16,651 bases of DNA from Sulfurimonadaceae bacterium (GTDB taxonomy: Bacteria; Campylobacterota; Campylobacteria; Campylobacterales; Sulfurimonadaceae), in assembly GCA_041562555.1 (NCBI GenBank), contig JBFEXS010000043.1, positions 1 through 16,651 on the forward strand, in the 5' to 3' direction. Positions within the stretch are counted from its first letter, which is position 1; every line of letters begins with the position of its first letter. A program made the translations under genes and the position numbers. The notes under the pieces were generated by a model. That model made no database searches. It worked only from the letters and a program-made list of their open reading frames with translations, and had not been told where the DNA came from. Positions 1 through 8,150 of the stretch are shown in pieces.

Positions 1-341
1 CGTTCGCCTTCCTTCCCATTGATCTCATTGAGTGCGTTAATGAACATGGAACGTGAGATATTCTTGAATATATTGATACTGCTTCCCCATGGGACACCTA
101 TCTCAATCACGTCTTCCAGTCGAGACTCTTGATTGGCAAGTGCTTTGACCTGTGAATGCAAGTTTCCTTTAAAGTCGATGATAAAGAGTCCATGTCCTTT
201 TTGTATACGATTCAATACATTTGGCAAGATAAAGGAGGTGGTCTTACCACATCCTGTCTCGCCTACACATAAGGCATGACGAAAATCATTTGGAACATTA
301 GGCGTGACCTTTGGGATATCTTCTTGAATAAAACCTGCCAT
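1..341 (-). CDS. VirD4/TraG/TraD-type coupling-protein-like P-loop ATPase (3' end runs off the window)
   Basis: Manual translation from ATG 341 (RBS AAAAGGA upstream): MAGFIQEDIPKVTPNVPNDFRHALCVGETGCGKTTSFILPNVLNRIQKGHGLFIIDFKGNLH... Walker A GETGCGKT preceded by H-hydrophobic strand and followed by the 'IIDxKG' motif typical of T4CP-family ATPases; open to the window edge; not in the ORF track. Confidence 0.8.
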   Translation of the reverse strand, partial: MAGFIQEDIPKVTPNVPNDFRHALCVGETGCGKTTSFILPNVLNRIQKGHGLFIIDFKGNLHSQVKALANQESRLEDVIEIGVPWGSSINIFKNISRSMFINALNEINGKEGE

Positions 342-368
342 GTACATCCTTTTTACAGTTGATGTTGT

Positions 369-401
369 ATTGTAATGTGATGAGGTGACAGGTAGTGTCA
401 C
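369..401 (-). promoter_or_regulatory. Promoter of the ATPase gene: GTGACA-N5-TGTCAC inverted repeat (385-401) with TGTCAC-N10-TACAAT (-10 at 369-374)
   Basis: Minus strand reads GTGACActaccTGTCACctcatcacatTACAAT; the -10 ends 27 nt before the ATG. Spacing matches the WYL-activator (PafBC-type) architecture TGTC..-N10-TANNNT. Confidence 0.55.
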
Positions 402-434
402 ATGGTAGAGATTATTTAAAATGTAAGAGGAAAT

Positions 435-451
435 TGTAGCGGGAATGTAGC
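435..451 (+). repeat. TGTAGC direct repeat, 11-bp period (candidate integrase arm-type site)
   Basis: TGTAGC at 435-440 and 446-451, about 80 bp from the putative att core. Confidence 0.35.
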
Positions 452-473
452 AGTAAAAATAAACATACATAGT

Positions 474-490
474 AAAACTGTTACAGTTTT
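474..490. repeat. Perfect inverted repeat AAAACTGT-T-ACAGTTTT
   Basis: 8-1-8 palindrome read directly; function unknown. Confidence 0.5.
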
Positions 491-499
491 GTTTTAATT

Positions 500-574
500 C
501 CCTATCTTAGGGGATGCAGCTAACGCCGGCTTATAGCTGTGCCATACTCTATAAAGCCCCTATTTTAGGGACTT
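500..574 (+). mobile_element. Putative att junction of an integrative element targeting the 3' end of rnpB (core ~526-543)
   Basis: CCGGCTTATAGCTGTGCC resembles the conserved RNase P RNA 3' end (E. coli ...AACCCGGCTTATCGG...). No rnpB body (GAGGAAAGTCC) upstream. Flanked by CCCTA-N3-TAGGG at 500-512 and 558-570. Confidence 0.5.
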
Positions 575-742
575 GCATAATTCAATTTTCCTGATTTCAG
601 CCAAGAACAAAACGTGCTCTTTTACAAAGCCTTCGATTTTTCCAAATCAGACAAGTATTCTTAACAACAATGTTTTAATTTTTATTCGCTACTATTAAAA
701 ATATTTTTCATGAAACTAGTGGGGTATATGTAAAGGATATCT

Positions 743-1360
743 GTGGAAAAAATATTGAAATATCTATTGGCATTTATAATTGCATTTATCATATTAGGTG
801 TTATAAATCCTTGGCATGATCAGAAAAAAGTAGGAATCGAGCTTAATATGAGTAAGGAAAGAGCACTTATTACATCATTGAAAAAGCATATTTATGAGCT
901 GTCTCAAAACCGTGAGCCTAATCGTGACCTTAGCCTTGTAGTCTTAGATAACAGAACGATTATTCTACCTTGTTATCAATCAAAGGTATCTGGATATGAT
1001 ACTAATATTACAGCACCGTGTGGGTTTCCAAAACAATTAAGCTTAATAGATGTAAACGGTTCGCTTCGATTAACAAATAATACAGACATACCGAAGAAGT
1101 TGAAACTGGTAGAAAAAAATGGCTCATCTAAACTCATCAATACTCTGTCAGATGGAGCAATGGTCTATGAGCTTGGTCTATTTGAAGACCTTTCCGGGAG
1201 CTCGATAACAAGCCAAGAACTTTCAGATGGCACAGTAAAGATTGTAGGGGCTTATTCAGAATTTACAAATGGTTATTGGCTTTATAATCCAGAAGATGGC
1301 ACGATACTGTATTACGTAAATGGCAAACAAGCTGACTATCCTGATCATTTAAAATACTAA
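743..1360 (+). CDS. Membrane-anchored pilin/pseudopilin-like protein (paralog of 1453..2004)
   Basis: GTG start with AAGGA RBS; N-terminal hydrophobic helix ending in Pro, then amphipathic helix; C-terminal YWLYNPEDG; shared blocks with the convergent ORF. Confidence 0.6.
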   Translation: MEKILKYLLAFIIAFIILGVINPWHDQKKVGIELNMSKERALITSLKKHIYELSQNREPNRDLSLVVLDNRTIILPCYQSKVSGYDTNITAPCGFPKQLSLIDVNGSLRLTNNTDIPKKLKLVEKNGSSKLINTLSDGAMVYELGLFEDLSGSSITSQELSDGTVKIVGAYSEFTNGYWLYNPEDGTILYYVNGKQADYPDHLKY

Positions 1361-1452
1361 GATATATGCTTATATACAGTTATCGAAACCATCTGTTTTA
1401 AAGGTTGGTTGTATGTAATTCTCATATCAACAACACACCTCTTCTTGTTAGT

Positions 1453-2004
1453 TTATTCCCACTCTAGAAATCTACTGATGACACCATTGCGGTAAAAGAT
1501 GACATTACCGTCGGCAGGGTCATATACCCAATGACTGTCGGTATTGATATAACTCTCTATGCTGTTTGATGCAAGTCCGAGTATTTTTACCTTGCCGTTT
1601 TCAAGTGCTTCTGTTTTCCATAATCGAGGTTCTTGAAACGATTCAACAGGTATATACAGACCCAAGGGGTATTGGTTTTCAATGCTTCCATCGGCGTTGT
1701 TTGACAGTTTAAGCGTGCCATGGTTTATGACACTGATCTTTTTTGGAAGTCCATCACAATTGATGGTCATATTATGATTCCCAAATTCAGTGTCTTCTAT
1801 ACTTTTCTGATCTTTACAGACAATGGATAAGAGCTTGATATTGGTACGCAACTCATGTATCACATTCAACTCATAGGCCATCTTGGCATCATCACGAAGA
1901 CCATGTTTATGATTCATTGGCAGCAGTATAGTGACTATCAGGAATATGACAATCAGTATAATCAGCAGTTGCAGGATTCTTTTCACAGTGATTTTTTTGT
2001 TCAT
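1453..2004 (-). CDS. Membrane-anchored pilin/pseudopilin-like protein (paralog of 743..1360)
   Basis: N-terminal TM ending LLP, then RDDAK..E...I..LR..I as in Campylobacterota type IV/T2SS pilin-like proteins; C-terminal WVYDPADG. Confidence 0.6.
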   Translation of the reverse strand: MNKKITVKRILQLLIILIVIFLIVTILLPMNHKHGLRDDAKMAYELNVIHELRTNIKLLSIVCKDQKSIEDTEFGNHNMTINCDGLPKKISVINHGTLKLSNNADGSIENQYPLGLYIPVESFQEPRLWKTEALENGKVKILGLASNSIESYINTDSHWVYDPADGNVIFYRNGVISRFLEWE

Positions 2005-2013
2005 ATGTTATTT

Positions 2014-2199
2014 CTACTTCTTCTCAAACAGTGAGGCAATACCTCCGATGACAACTGCCGCAATTAACCCTATAAGGTAGATAGAAACGACAAAGATGCC
2101 GATGGCTGCTAAAATATTGTGGCCATCATTATAGGCTTGCAATTCTATTACGACTGCAATGATGAGGCCAATAGATATTCCTAAATCATCTGCAGACAT
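2014..2199 (-). CDS. Small hypothetical membrane protein (two TM segments)
   Basis: 61 aa, two hydrophobic stretches, AAGGGGG RBS before ATG, ends 9 nt before the next gene. Confidence 0.7.
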   Translation of the reverse strand: MSADDLGISIGLIIAVVIELQAYNDGHNILAAIGIFVVSIYLIGLIAAVVIGGIASLFEKK

Positions 2200-2342
2200 G
2201 TAAACCCCCTTAGAACATACTTAGGTTATCTGTTAATACCTGATCCCGTTTTGCCTGAACCATTTGTGACCCTTATAACTGATCGTAATCAATGGTTGTG
2301 ACTATTGTATCAAGTGGGATTTTAAGGATTGTTAAACACGAT

Positions 2343-3197
2343 TTAATCGTTGTACATATGTATTCGTTCCTGGATATCTTTCAATCGTTTTACATTCATT
2401 ATATGAAGACAGTCATGAAACTCCTGTATAAATAGTCCGCTGTTTACCGGAAAGACATTCAATATTGCTTCACTATGGCAGTGACTGTCACGGTAGTAAT
2501 GCCAGATGTGCTGTTCATCTTCAATGGCTTTCAGTATTTCGCCTATATGTGTGTTGTGTTCTTCATCCTCAGCGGAGAACTGTTTTTTGATAATTCTGTG
2601 CAGTTCACTGAAGGTTTGTTCAAGTGCCTGTTCAGATGATTTGGCCTTTTGTATACTCTGCTTCTTTACAATATTAAACGGGACAGCAGGTTCTTCTTCA
2701 ATATCTGGTTTCAGCGGTTTAGACTTTCTTTTATTATTGAGAAACTTTCCGTCTTCATAGATCATTACCTGATGGATCGGAGGTCCCGGCCTACCGCGTG
2801 TTCCGGGTGATGGCAGTATGGTAAATACAGTACGTAGAGTTGTTTGACCATTGTTGTCGGGCTCAATTTTGATAAAGCGCGGCGTTCCACGCTCGGGAAG
2901 ATTGAAAGAGCCGATCATCTTCTCGTGTTCAAGGTCAAGAATGTAAACAGTATATTGACTATAGGCCAATGCATATGCATGAAGGGGATGGTGTATGCTC
3001 CTGGCGATCTCAATAGATCGAAAATCTTTATCTTTGAGTGAGAAAGAGCCAAAAACATGCAGCCCTTCAGCAGTATGAAAACCTTTTTCATCCAGTTTGA
3101 TATGGAGGTTGTCTCCCCATTCAATATAGGATGTCTTAACAGGTGCACAAAATAGGTCAGACATCGTTAGCAAGATTAGAAAAATGTTTTTGATCAC
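2343..3197 (-). CDS. Secreted protein with C-terminal LprI (DUF1311) lysozyme-inhibitor-like domain
   Basis: Start moved to GTG 3197 (AAGGAG RBS 6 nt upstream; removes overlap with the upstream gene). Signal-peptide-like MIKNIFLILLTMSDLFCA; C-terminal 'EQHIWHYYRDSHC...SG...HDCLHIMNVKRLKDI' fits the LprI pattern Q..W..YRD..C...C......R...L. Confidence 0.7.
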   Translation of the reverse strand: MIKNIFLILLTMSDLFCAPVKTSYIEWGDNLHIKLDEKGFHTAEGLHVFGSFSLKDKDFRSIEIARSIHHPLHAYALAYSQYTVYILDLEHEKMIGSFNLPERGTPRFIKIEPDNNGQTTLRTVFTILPSPGTRGRPGPPIHQVMIYEDGKFLNNKRKSKPLKPDIEEEPAVPFNIVKKQSIQKAKSSEQALEQTFSELHRIIKKQFSAEDEEHNTHIGEILKAIEDEQHIWHYYRDSHCHSEAILNVFPVNSGLFIQEFHDCLHIMNVKRLKDIQERIHMYND

Positions 3198-3216
3198 GGT
3201 TTTCTCCTTCCCATGT

Positions 3217-4482
3217 TTAAGACTTTTTCCTGTTAATGTGCAGGGCAATATTGGCGACCCGGACGCTTTGGTCATAGGGGATTGTCTCCAGATGCTTGGG
3301 ATCGAGACCATAGCGCGCCATTGCTCCCCTAAGCATCTCTAGTGCATGCCTATTAAAAGATTGTTCATCCAACAGGACAAATCCATGCTCATCGTTGTTT
3401 TTTGAGAGAAGTTTCAAAACATATTCTAGTACATGATCGAAGGTGATCTTTGAAAGAAGTCGTGTTGTTGTCTCATCATCAAAGAGCATCAGCATAAGCA
3501 ATAGTGTGTAGGGTGATGTGTCCTTTACCGTTTTCTGTAAGGGTGTAAGCGGATAGAGCGTGAGCATACGATGGATATTTATCCCCTTGTTCTCTGTCTC
3601 CAGCATCTCTTTGTGTTGTGTTGCACCCATAAGCCTTTGAATGATAGAACCGTCGATGAATAGCTCGATATTGGCGCCATGCGATATGATCTCCTTGCCA
3701 TCTTTAAAACGGTAGTCCTCATCACACATAAGTGAAAACCTGATCTTAATGTGATGGTTTTCAGGCTGAAGTTTCAAATACTCTTTTGCCTGTAAAAGTG
3801 ATATTGGATACGGAGTATTGGGCAAGATATCATCAAAAGCGAGTGAGACCATCTGAAGTATGGTCGCGTAGTAAGGTGTCAGCATGGCATTGTCCAAGAA
3901 GGTAGCGGGTGTATCGGGATAATCAAAACCTGGAATCGTACCTTTTCTTTCAAGGGTACCTTCAAAAAAAGGTGCTTTGATACCGGCAAGTTTTCTTATC
4001 ATGGTCAGTCGAAGCGGGGAGGGTGTCGACAGGAGTACGACCCCGTTATGCGGAGCAAGTTGTGATGCACACTGATAGGAGTGGAAGGAATCATCCATAT
4101 CGTTCATCTTAAGCGCTGTAATGTCAAGAAGCGTGGAGTGTGCAGACAGACCTGTAAACTGTGTGAACTCAAAAGCAAGGGCTTCACTGAGTCTCATTAC
4201 ATGTATACTCAGAACTTCCAGTAAATCATCGGTCAAAACCTTGAGTTTCGGGTCTTCCATCGTGACGATAAAATCATTATTATTAAATCGTACGGTTTCA
4301 CTGTATGCCTCACCACCTTGTACGGCAGAGATATGACTGGCATAATCGGACACTCTGTTTTTGGATTGCATAGGCTTAATATCTTCAGGTTTATAGTCTT
4401 GTGTACTTTTGTTTATGGAAGATAGCATATCATATTGCAGTGAGAAATGATAGTAGTAAGATGTAGATTGAAAGGGTTTCAT
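3217..4482 (-). CDS. Hypothetical protein, possible distant FliM (CheC-fold) plus FliG-middle-like segments; real start may be ATG 4371
   Basis: Long ORF. An extended -10-like TGATATGCT (4424-4432) lies inside the first 37 codons, suggesting start at MQSK (4371). Similarity to FliM/FliG is by eye only. Confidence 0.55.
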   Translation of the reverse strand: MKPFQSTSYYYHFSLQYDMLSSINKSTQDYKPEDIKPMQSKNRVSDYASHISAVQGGEAYSETVRFNNNDFIVTMEDPKLKVLTDDLLEVLSIHVMRLSEALAFEFTQFTGLSAHSTLLDITALKMNDMDDSFHSYQCASQLAPHNGVVLLSTPSPLRLTMIRKLAGIKAPFFEGTLERKGTIPGFDYPDTPATFLDNAMLTPYYATILQMVSLAFDDILPNTPYPISLLQAKEYLKLQPENHHIKIRFSLMCDEDYRFKDGKEIISHGANIELFIDGSIIQRLMGATQHKEMLETENKGINIHRMLTLYPLTPLQKTVKDTSPYTLLLMLMLFDDETTTRLLSKITFDHVLEYVLKLLSKNNDEHGFVLLDEQSFNRHALEMLRGAMARYGLDPKHLETIPYDQSVRVANIALHINRKKS

Positions 4483-5040
4483 GGTTGGATCATATGATTG
4501 AATGTATGCAAACTCTTTTGCTTCAATCTTGTCAAAAGCTCTGAACAGCTGTATCTAGGTCGACATTTTGATAGGGGCTTTTATCACGTCTCTACTAAAA
4601 CGATTAGATTCCAGTTAGTGATAAAGTCAAGGTTTTTAACGTAACAATTCTTTAATAGCAGACGTGTTGGGATTAGGAAAAGTTATTGATCTAAGGCTTA
4701 AGTATGTTGAAATTTTCAGGTTTTTCAGATGTATAGAAAATTCATGAAGGAAATCGTTCCACGACCTTTTCAGTTACCAAAGATGTTCAAAGTGTATCAT
4801 CAAGTACCTCGATTAAGAAAATCCGACTGCAGATGATATTGTTCATTATCAGTATGAATACGAATTTTTAAAAGATATTGATGATACCTGTTTTAGAATC
4901 ATCCTGCCTAAATCGATACACAATCAAGTGTAATATGAGAAGAGTGTCCAATATCCATAACAGGAGTGTTATACGTAAGTAAAGAGTACAGTGTGTACAG
5001 AGCTGCGCATCGGTACAGGCTGTGTTAAGTTTGTTTGTTA

Positions 5041-5745
5041 TTACTGTTTTTCAAATGAAAATCGGTTTCTGAACTCTTTGGCACCGTCTTTGCTTGATTC
5101 TACTTCATCTGAAATACCTTCAAACATAAACCGCAATTTACTTTGTTCTATGGTCTCCATCTCTTTTATCTTATCAATATTGACGAGGTATGAACGGTGT
5201 ACCCGTATGAAATTATAATTTCGCAGCTTTTCTTCAAGGGCGGAAATCTTTTGGGCATAGTAGGAGAAGCCTTTGAGCGTCCGCAGGATAACCTCGGATA
5301 AGTCGGCCTTGACATAAAAAATCTCCTGGGGTTTAAGCAGATAATAGTTATCCCCGTTCTTGCTCAGGATGCGGAGTTCCTCGTCTTGAGTGTTTGGAGT
5401 CTTAATACGTTCAATACTCTGTTTGAGTTGATCAATGCTGAAGGGTTTGACGAGATAAGCGATAGCACCTATATCGAAGGCTTCCAGGGCATGCTCGCTG
5501 TAGGCCGTTTGAAAGACAATTGCCATATCTTCTTGGTGGTAGCGCAATTCATAGGCCAGCTCAAGGCCACTGGTTTGAGGCATATTGATATCCAAGAATG
5601 CGAGATCAAAGCTCTTTTCCTGAATTATTTCAAGTGCCTCTTGTGCACAGCTTGCCTCAACAACCTGGGTGTATCCAAGTGTGTTAAGCATCCGTTTTAA
5701 TCGGGCAAGCCCGAGTTCTTCGTCATCAACGATCAGTATGTTCAT
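5041..5745 (-). CDS. LytTR-family DNA-binding response regulator (AlgR/YpdB-like)
   Basis: REC motifs IVDDE, FLDINMP, FQTAY, YLVKPF; LytTR motif FIRVHRSYLVN. Confidence 0.95.
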   Translation of the reverse strand: MNILIVDDEELGLARLKRMLNTLGYTQVVEASCAQEALEIIQEKSFDLAFLDINMPQTSGLELAYELRYHQEDMAIVFQTAYSEHALEAFDIGAIAYLVKPFSIDQLKQSIERIKTPNTQDEELRILSKNGDNYYLLKPQEIFYVKADLSEVILRTLKGFSYYAQKISALEEKLRNYNFIRVHRSYLVNIDKIKEMETIEQSKLRFMFEGISDEVESSKDGAKEFRNRFSFEKQ

Positions 5746-6736
5746 GGGTGTTTCCTAAGTGAATGTAAAATTGCGGGTGGCTTGTCTCTTTTATCTCTAG
5801 AGAACCTGAAGATAACAGTGCAAGCCGCTGATTGAGATTATTCAGACCTACACCAAAGTCACTGCTCGTCATCGCAGCCCCATTGTTTTTAACCGAAACG
5901 ATCTTGGCCCGGGGCAAAAAGTCTATTGTAATGAGAAGCTCGTTCTGATGGTTTGTATATCCATGCTTGATGGCATTTTCTGCTAGAAGCTGAATCGAAA
6001 ACTTTGGAACCTTCCAGTTTGGGATATTGTCGGCTATCTCTAATCTGATCCTATCAGAAAAACGGATATTCTCTAATTCGATGTAGTCACTGACATTGCG
6101 CAGTTCATCTTTGAGGGGGACAAGCGCTTCTTCTTTCATGGTATTGCGTAAAAATGCAGAGACTTTCAATACGGCTTCTTCGGCCTTTCCTTGGTCATGA
6201 TGGATCAGTTCGGCGATAGAGTTGAGGGCATTGAACAAAAAATGGGGATTGAGTTGTGTCTCAAGGGAACGCAAACGGCTTTGGAGATAATGCTGATCGA
6301 TGACTTCCTTTTCATTACGCATACGTACAAACCGATACAGCAGCGCCCCGACCACATAGGTTAATATCCCGATCGCAATTGAAATCTGAAGGGTGTGGGT
6401 ATGAAACATCGCAATTAACTCGATCTTGAGTGCCTGCGCAGTGTAGGTACTTAAAAGCGTGCCTAAAAACCCGGAGAGAAATGAAAACAGTATGGCAATG
6501 GGGAGCCAATAGACTTTTTTTACACGGGGAAGAATACGCTGATTGATGAAAGTGATAAAGGTCAGGGAAAAAAGTGTAATTAAAAACCCCAGGAGTAGAC
6601 CGTACCAAAGTCCCTCTGTCCATGGTTTTTCCAAGAGGGCATATCCCAAAGAGGAAAGTAACATGCCCAATATTATACCGATCAGCAGGATATAGAGCCA
6701 GTCTTTTGCTTTGATACGCAGTTCGATATCATACAT
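5726..6736 (-). CDS. LytS/YehU-family membrane sensor histidine kinase
   Basis: Several N-terminal TM helices; H-box LETQLNPHFLFNALNSI; N-box QLLAENAIKHG; G2 GVGLNNLNQRL; overlaps the RR start. Confidence 0.95.
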   Translation of the reverse strand: MYDIELRIKAKDWLYILLIGIILGMLLSSLGYALLEKPWTEGLWYGLLLGFLITLFSLTFITFINQRILPRVKKVYWLPIAILFSFLSGFLGTLLSTYTAQALKIELIAMFHTHTLQISIAIGILTYVVGALLYRFVRMRNEKEVIDQHYLQSRLRSLETQLNPHFLFNALNSIAELIHHDQGKAEEAVLKVSAFLRNTMKEEALVPLKDELRNVSDYIELENIRFSDRIRLEIADNIPNWKVPKFSIQLLAENAIKHGYTNHQNELLITIDFLPRAKIVSVKNNGAAMTSSDFGVGLNNLNQRLALLSSGSLEIKETSHPQFYIHLGNTHEHTDR

Positions 6737-8150
6737 CCAGAAGCTTCCTTAGGTTGGCAACACCAAGCATGACCCCAGGCCATCCCTGTGCAGCATACAC
6801 ACTGTCACCAACATGATACAAACCGGTAATTGACGTGTCATTTCCGGGAAGTCTTGGTAGAAAGTTCTTCATAGTGATTGGATTACCTCCCAGTTGCGAG
6901 CGTTTGATGTAGCGTTTAAATGTCTTTGGTGTCGCAGAAAAACAGTGTACAACCTGATCCTCTTGTATGTCTAGTGTAACACAAATGAGTTTAGAAAGTT
7001 CCTGTTCGAGCTGCTTTTTTTGCTGCTTATAGGTTAGTGTATCATCCCAAAACCGACAGTCTGTATGAATAGATGCGGTGATACTGTAGTGACCTTTGGG
7101 CGATATGATATCGTCTTGTATATCCGAAAAGGATACAAAAAGCGCGTTTGAGAGGGTAAAGGGATGAGGCTGTTCCTGAATGATCTGATAATGGTGTGCA
7201 AAGGTCTGCTCACTTTTGATCGTCATATAGAGCATAAAAGAGCTTTGATGGTTTTGCAGATGTGTGTAGCGTTCATAGTACTGCTTTACCGGCTTGTCAT
7301 CAAAAAGTTCAGTGCTGTCATAGATAGTGGAATTGAGTATAAGACGTTTTGCTCTTACGTTTTCTTCGCGTGTATGGACAATAAAATGATCGTGTTTACG
7401 CTCTATTTTGGTGACCGTAGTGTTCAGACGAAGATCCTTTATATTAGCGGTCATAGCATCAAAGACAGCTCCTAGTCCTCCGATCGTATAATGGGTTTCA
7501 TTAAATGTGTACCCCAGGCTTAGTGCCGCAGTAAAAAAGTTGATTTTTTGTGACGGAGCCTGTGCGACAATGAGAATCTGCGATTCGATGAAACGTTCGT
7601 ATTCAGGTGTGATGGAGCCATAAAACCTGCGAATGAAGTCGTGTGCATTGGTACACAGGTATCTTTTGAACTTCCATAAAAGTGGAAGATAGCTTACAAG
7701 TGACAGTACTTTGGACAGCTGCGAACGGTTCTCATAATAATGTCCATGCATACGGTAAAAACGTTCGCCTATGGTATGTACCAGTGTCCAAAACTCCATA
7801 TGTCTCGGATGAGGATAATGTATGTTGAGCTCATATAAAAAGCGTTCAAGGTCTTTGTACCTTGGGACGATCTTGTCTTCTTGTATAACCACGATGGAAG
7901 GATCGGTCTGTATCAGTTTTGGGGTAAACCCAATAGCATCAAACATCTCCTTGACCACATGCCCTGACTGATAGCCTGCCAAGGTTGTAGCCCCGGTGTT
8001 GTAGTAATAGCCTTGATGAGAAAATGTTGAGCTGCAGCCGCCTAAATAGGGCTCCTTCTCAAATAAGACAACCTCATGTCCTTTTGCAGCAAGGTAAGCA
8101 GCGATGCTGGACCCTCCAATCCCGGAGCCTACAACAGCATAATCCTTCAT
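6729..8150 (-). CDS. FAD-dependent oxidoreductase, phytoene desaturase/CrtD-CrtH family
   Basis: VVGSGIGG dinucleotide-binding motif, EKEPYLGGCSSTF...GAT, ATPKTFKRY, C-terminal GLYHVGDSV..AQGWPGV. Confidence 0.85.
   Translation of the reverse strand: MKDYAVVGSGIGGSSIAAYLAAKGHEVVLFEKEPYLGGCSSTFSHQGYYYNTGATTLAGYQSGHVVKEMFDAIGFTPKLIQTDPSIVVIQEDKIVPRYKDLERFLYELNIHYPHPRHMEFWTLVHTIGERFYRMHGHYYENRSQLSKVLSLVSYLPLLWKFKRYLCTNAHDFIRRFYGSITPEYERFIESQILIVAQAPSQKINFFTAALSLGYTFNETHYTIGGLGAVFDAMTANIKDLRLNTTVTKIERKHDHFIVHTREENVRAKRLILNSTIYDSTELFDDKPVKQYYERYTHLQNHQSSFMLYMTIKSEQTFAHHYQIIQEQPHPFTLSNALFVSFSDIQDDIISPKGHYSITASIHTDCRFWDDTLTYKQQKKQLEQELSKLICVTLDIQEDQVVHCFSATPKTFKRYIKRSQLGGNPITMKNFLPRLPGNDTSITGLYHVGDSVYAAQGWPGVMLGVANLRKLLDV

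Noticed and set aside
474..490. AAAACTGTTACAGTTTT as a difH (XerH) site
   Set aside because: difH has GAAAA-N6-TTTTC; here the spacer is 9 nt and the outer G/C are missing.
510..545. tRNA gene or tRNA 3' fragment ending GCCA
   Set aside because: No TTCGA T-loop or cloverleaf; the rnpB 3' end fits better.
2279..2292. FNR-like box CTGAT-N4-ATCAA
   Set aside because: One mismatch, single copy, no supporting context.
4744..4933. Short + strand frames (e.g. ...DIDDTCFRIILPKSIHNQV) resembling a kinase C-terminal remnant
   Set aside because: No start or RBS in frame, similarity limited to a few residues; cannot support a pseudogene call.
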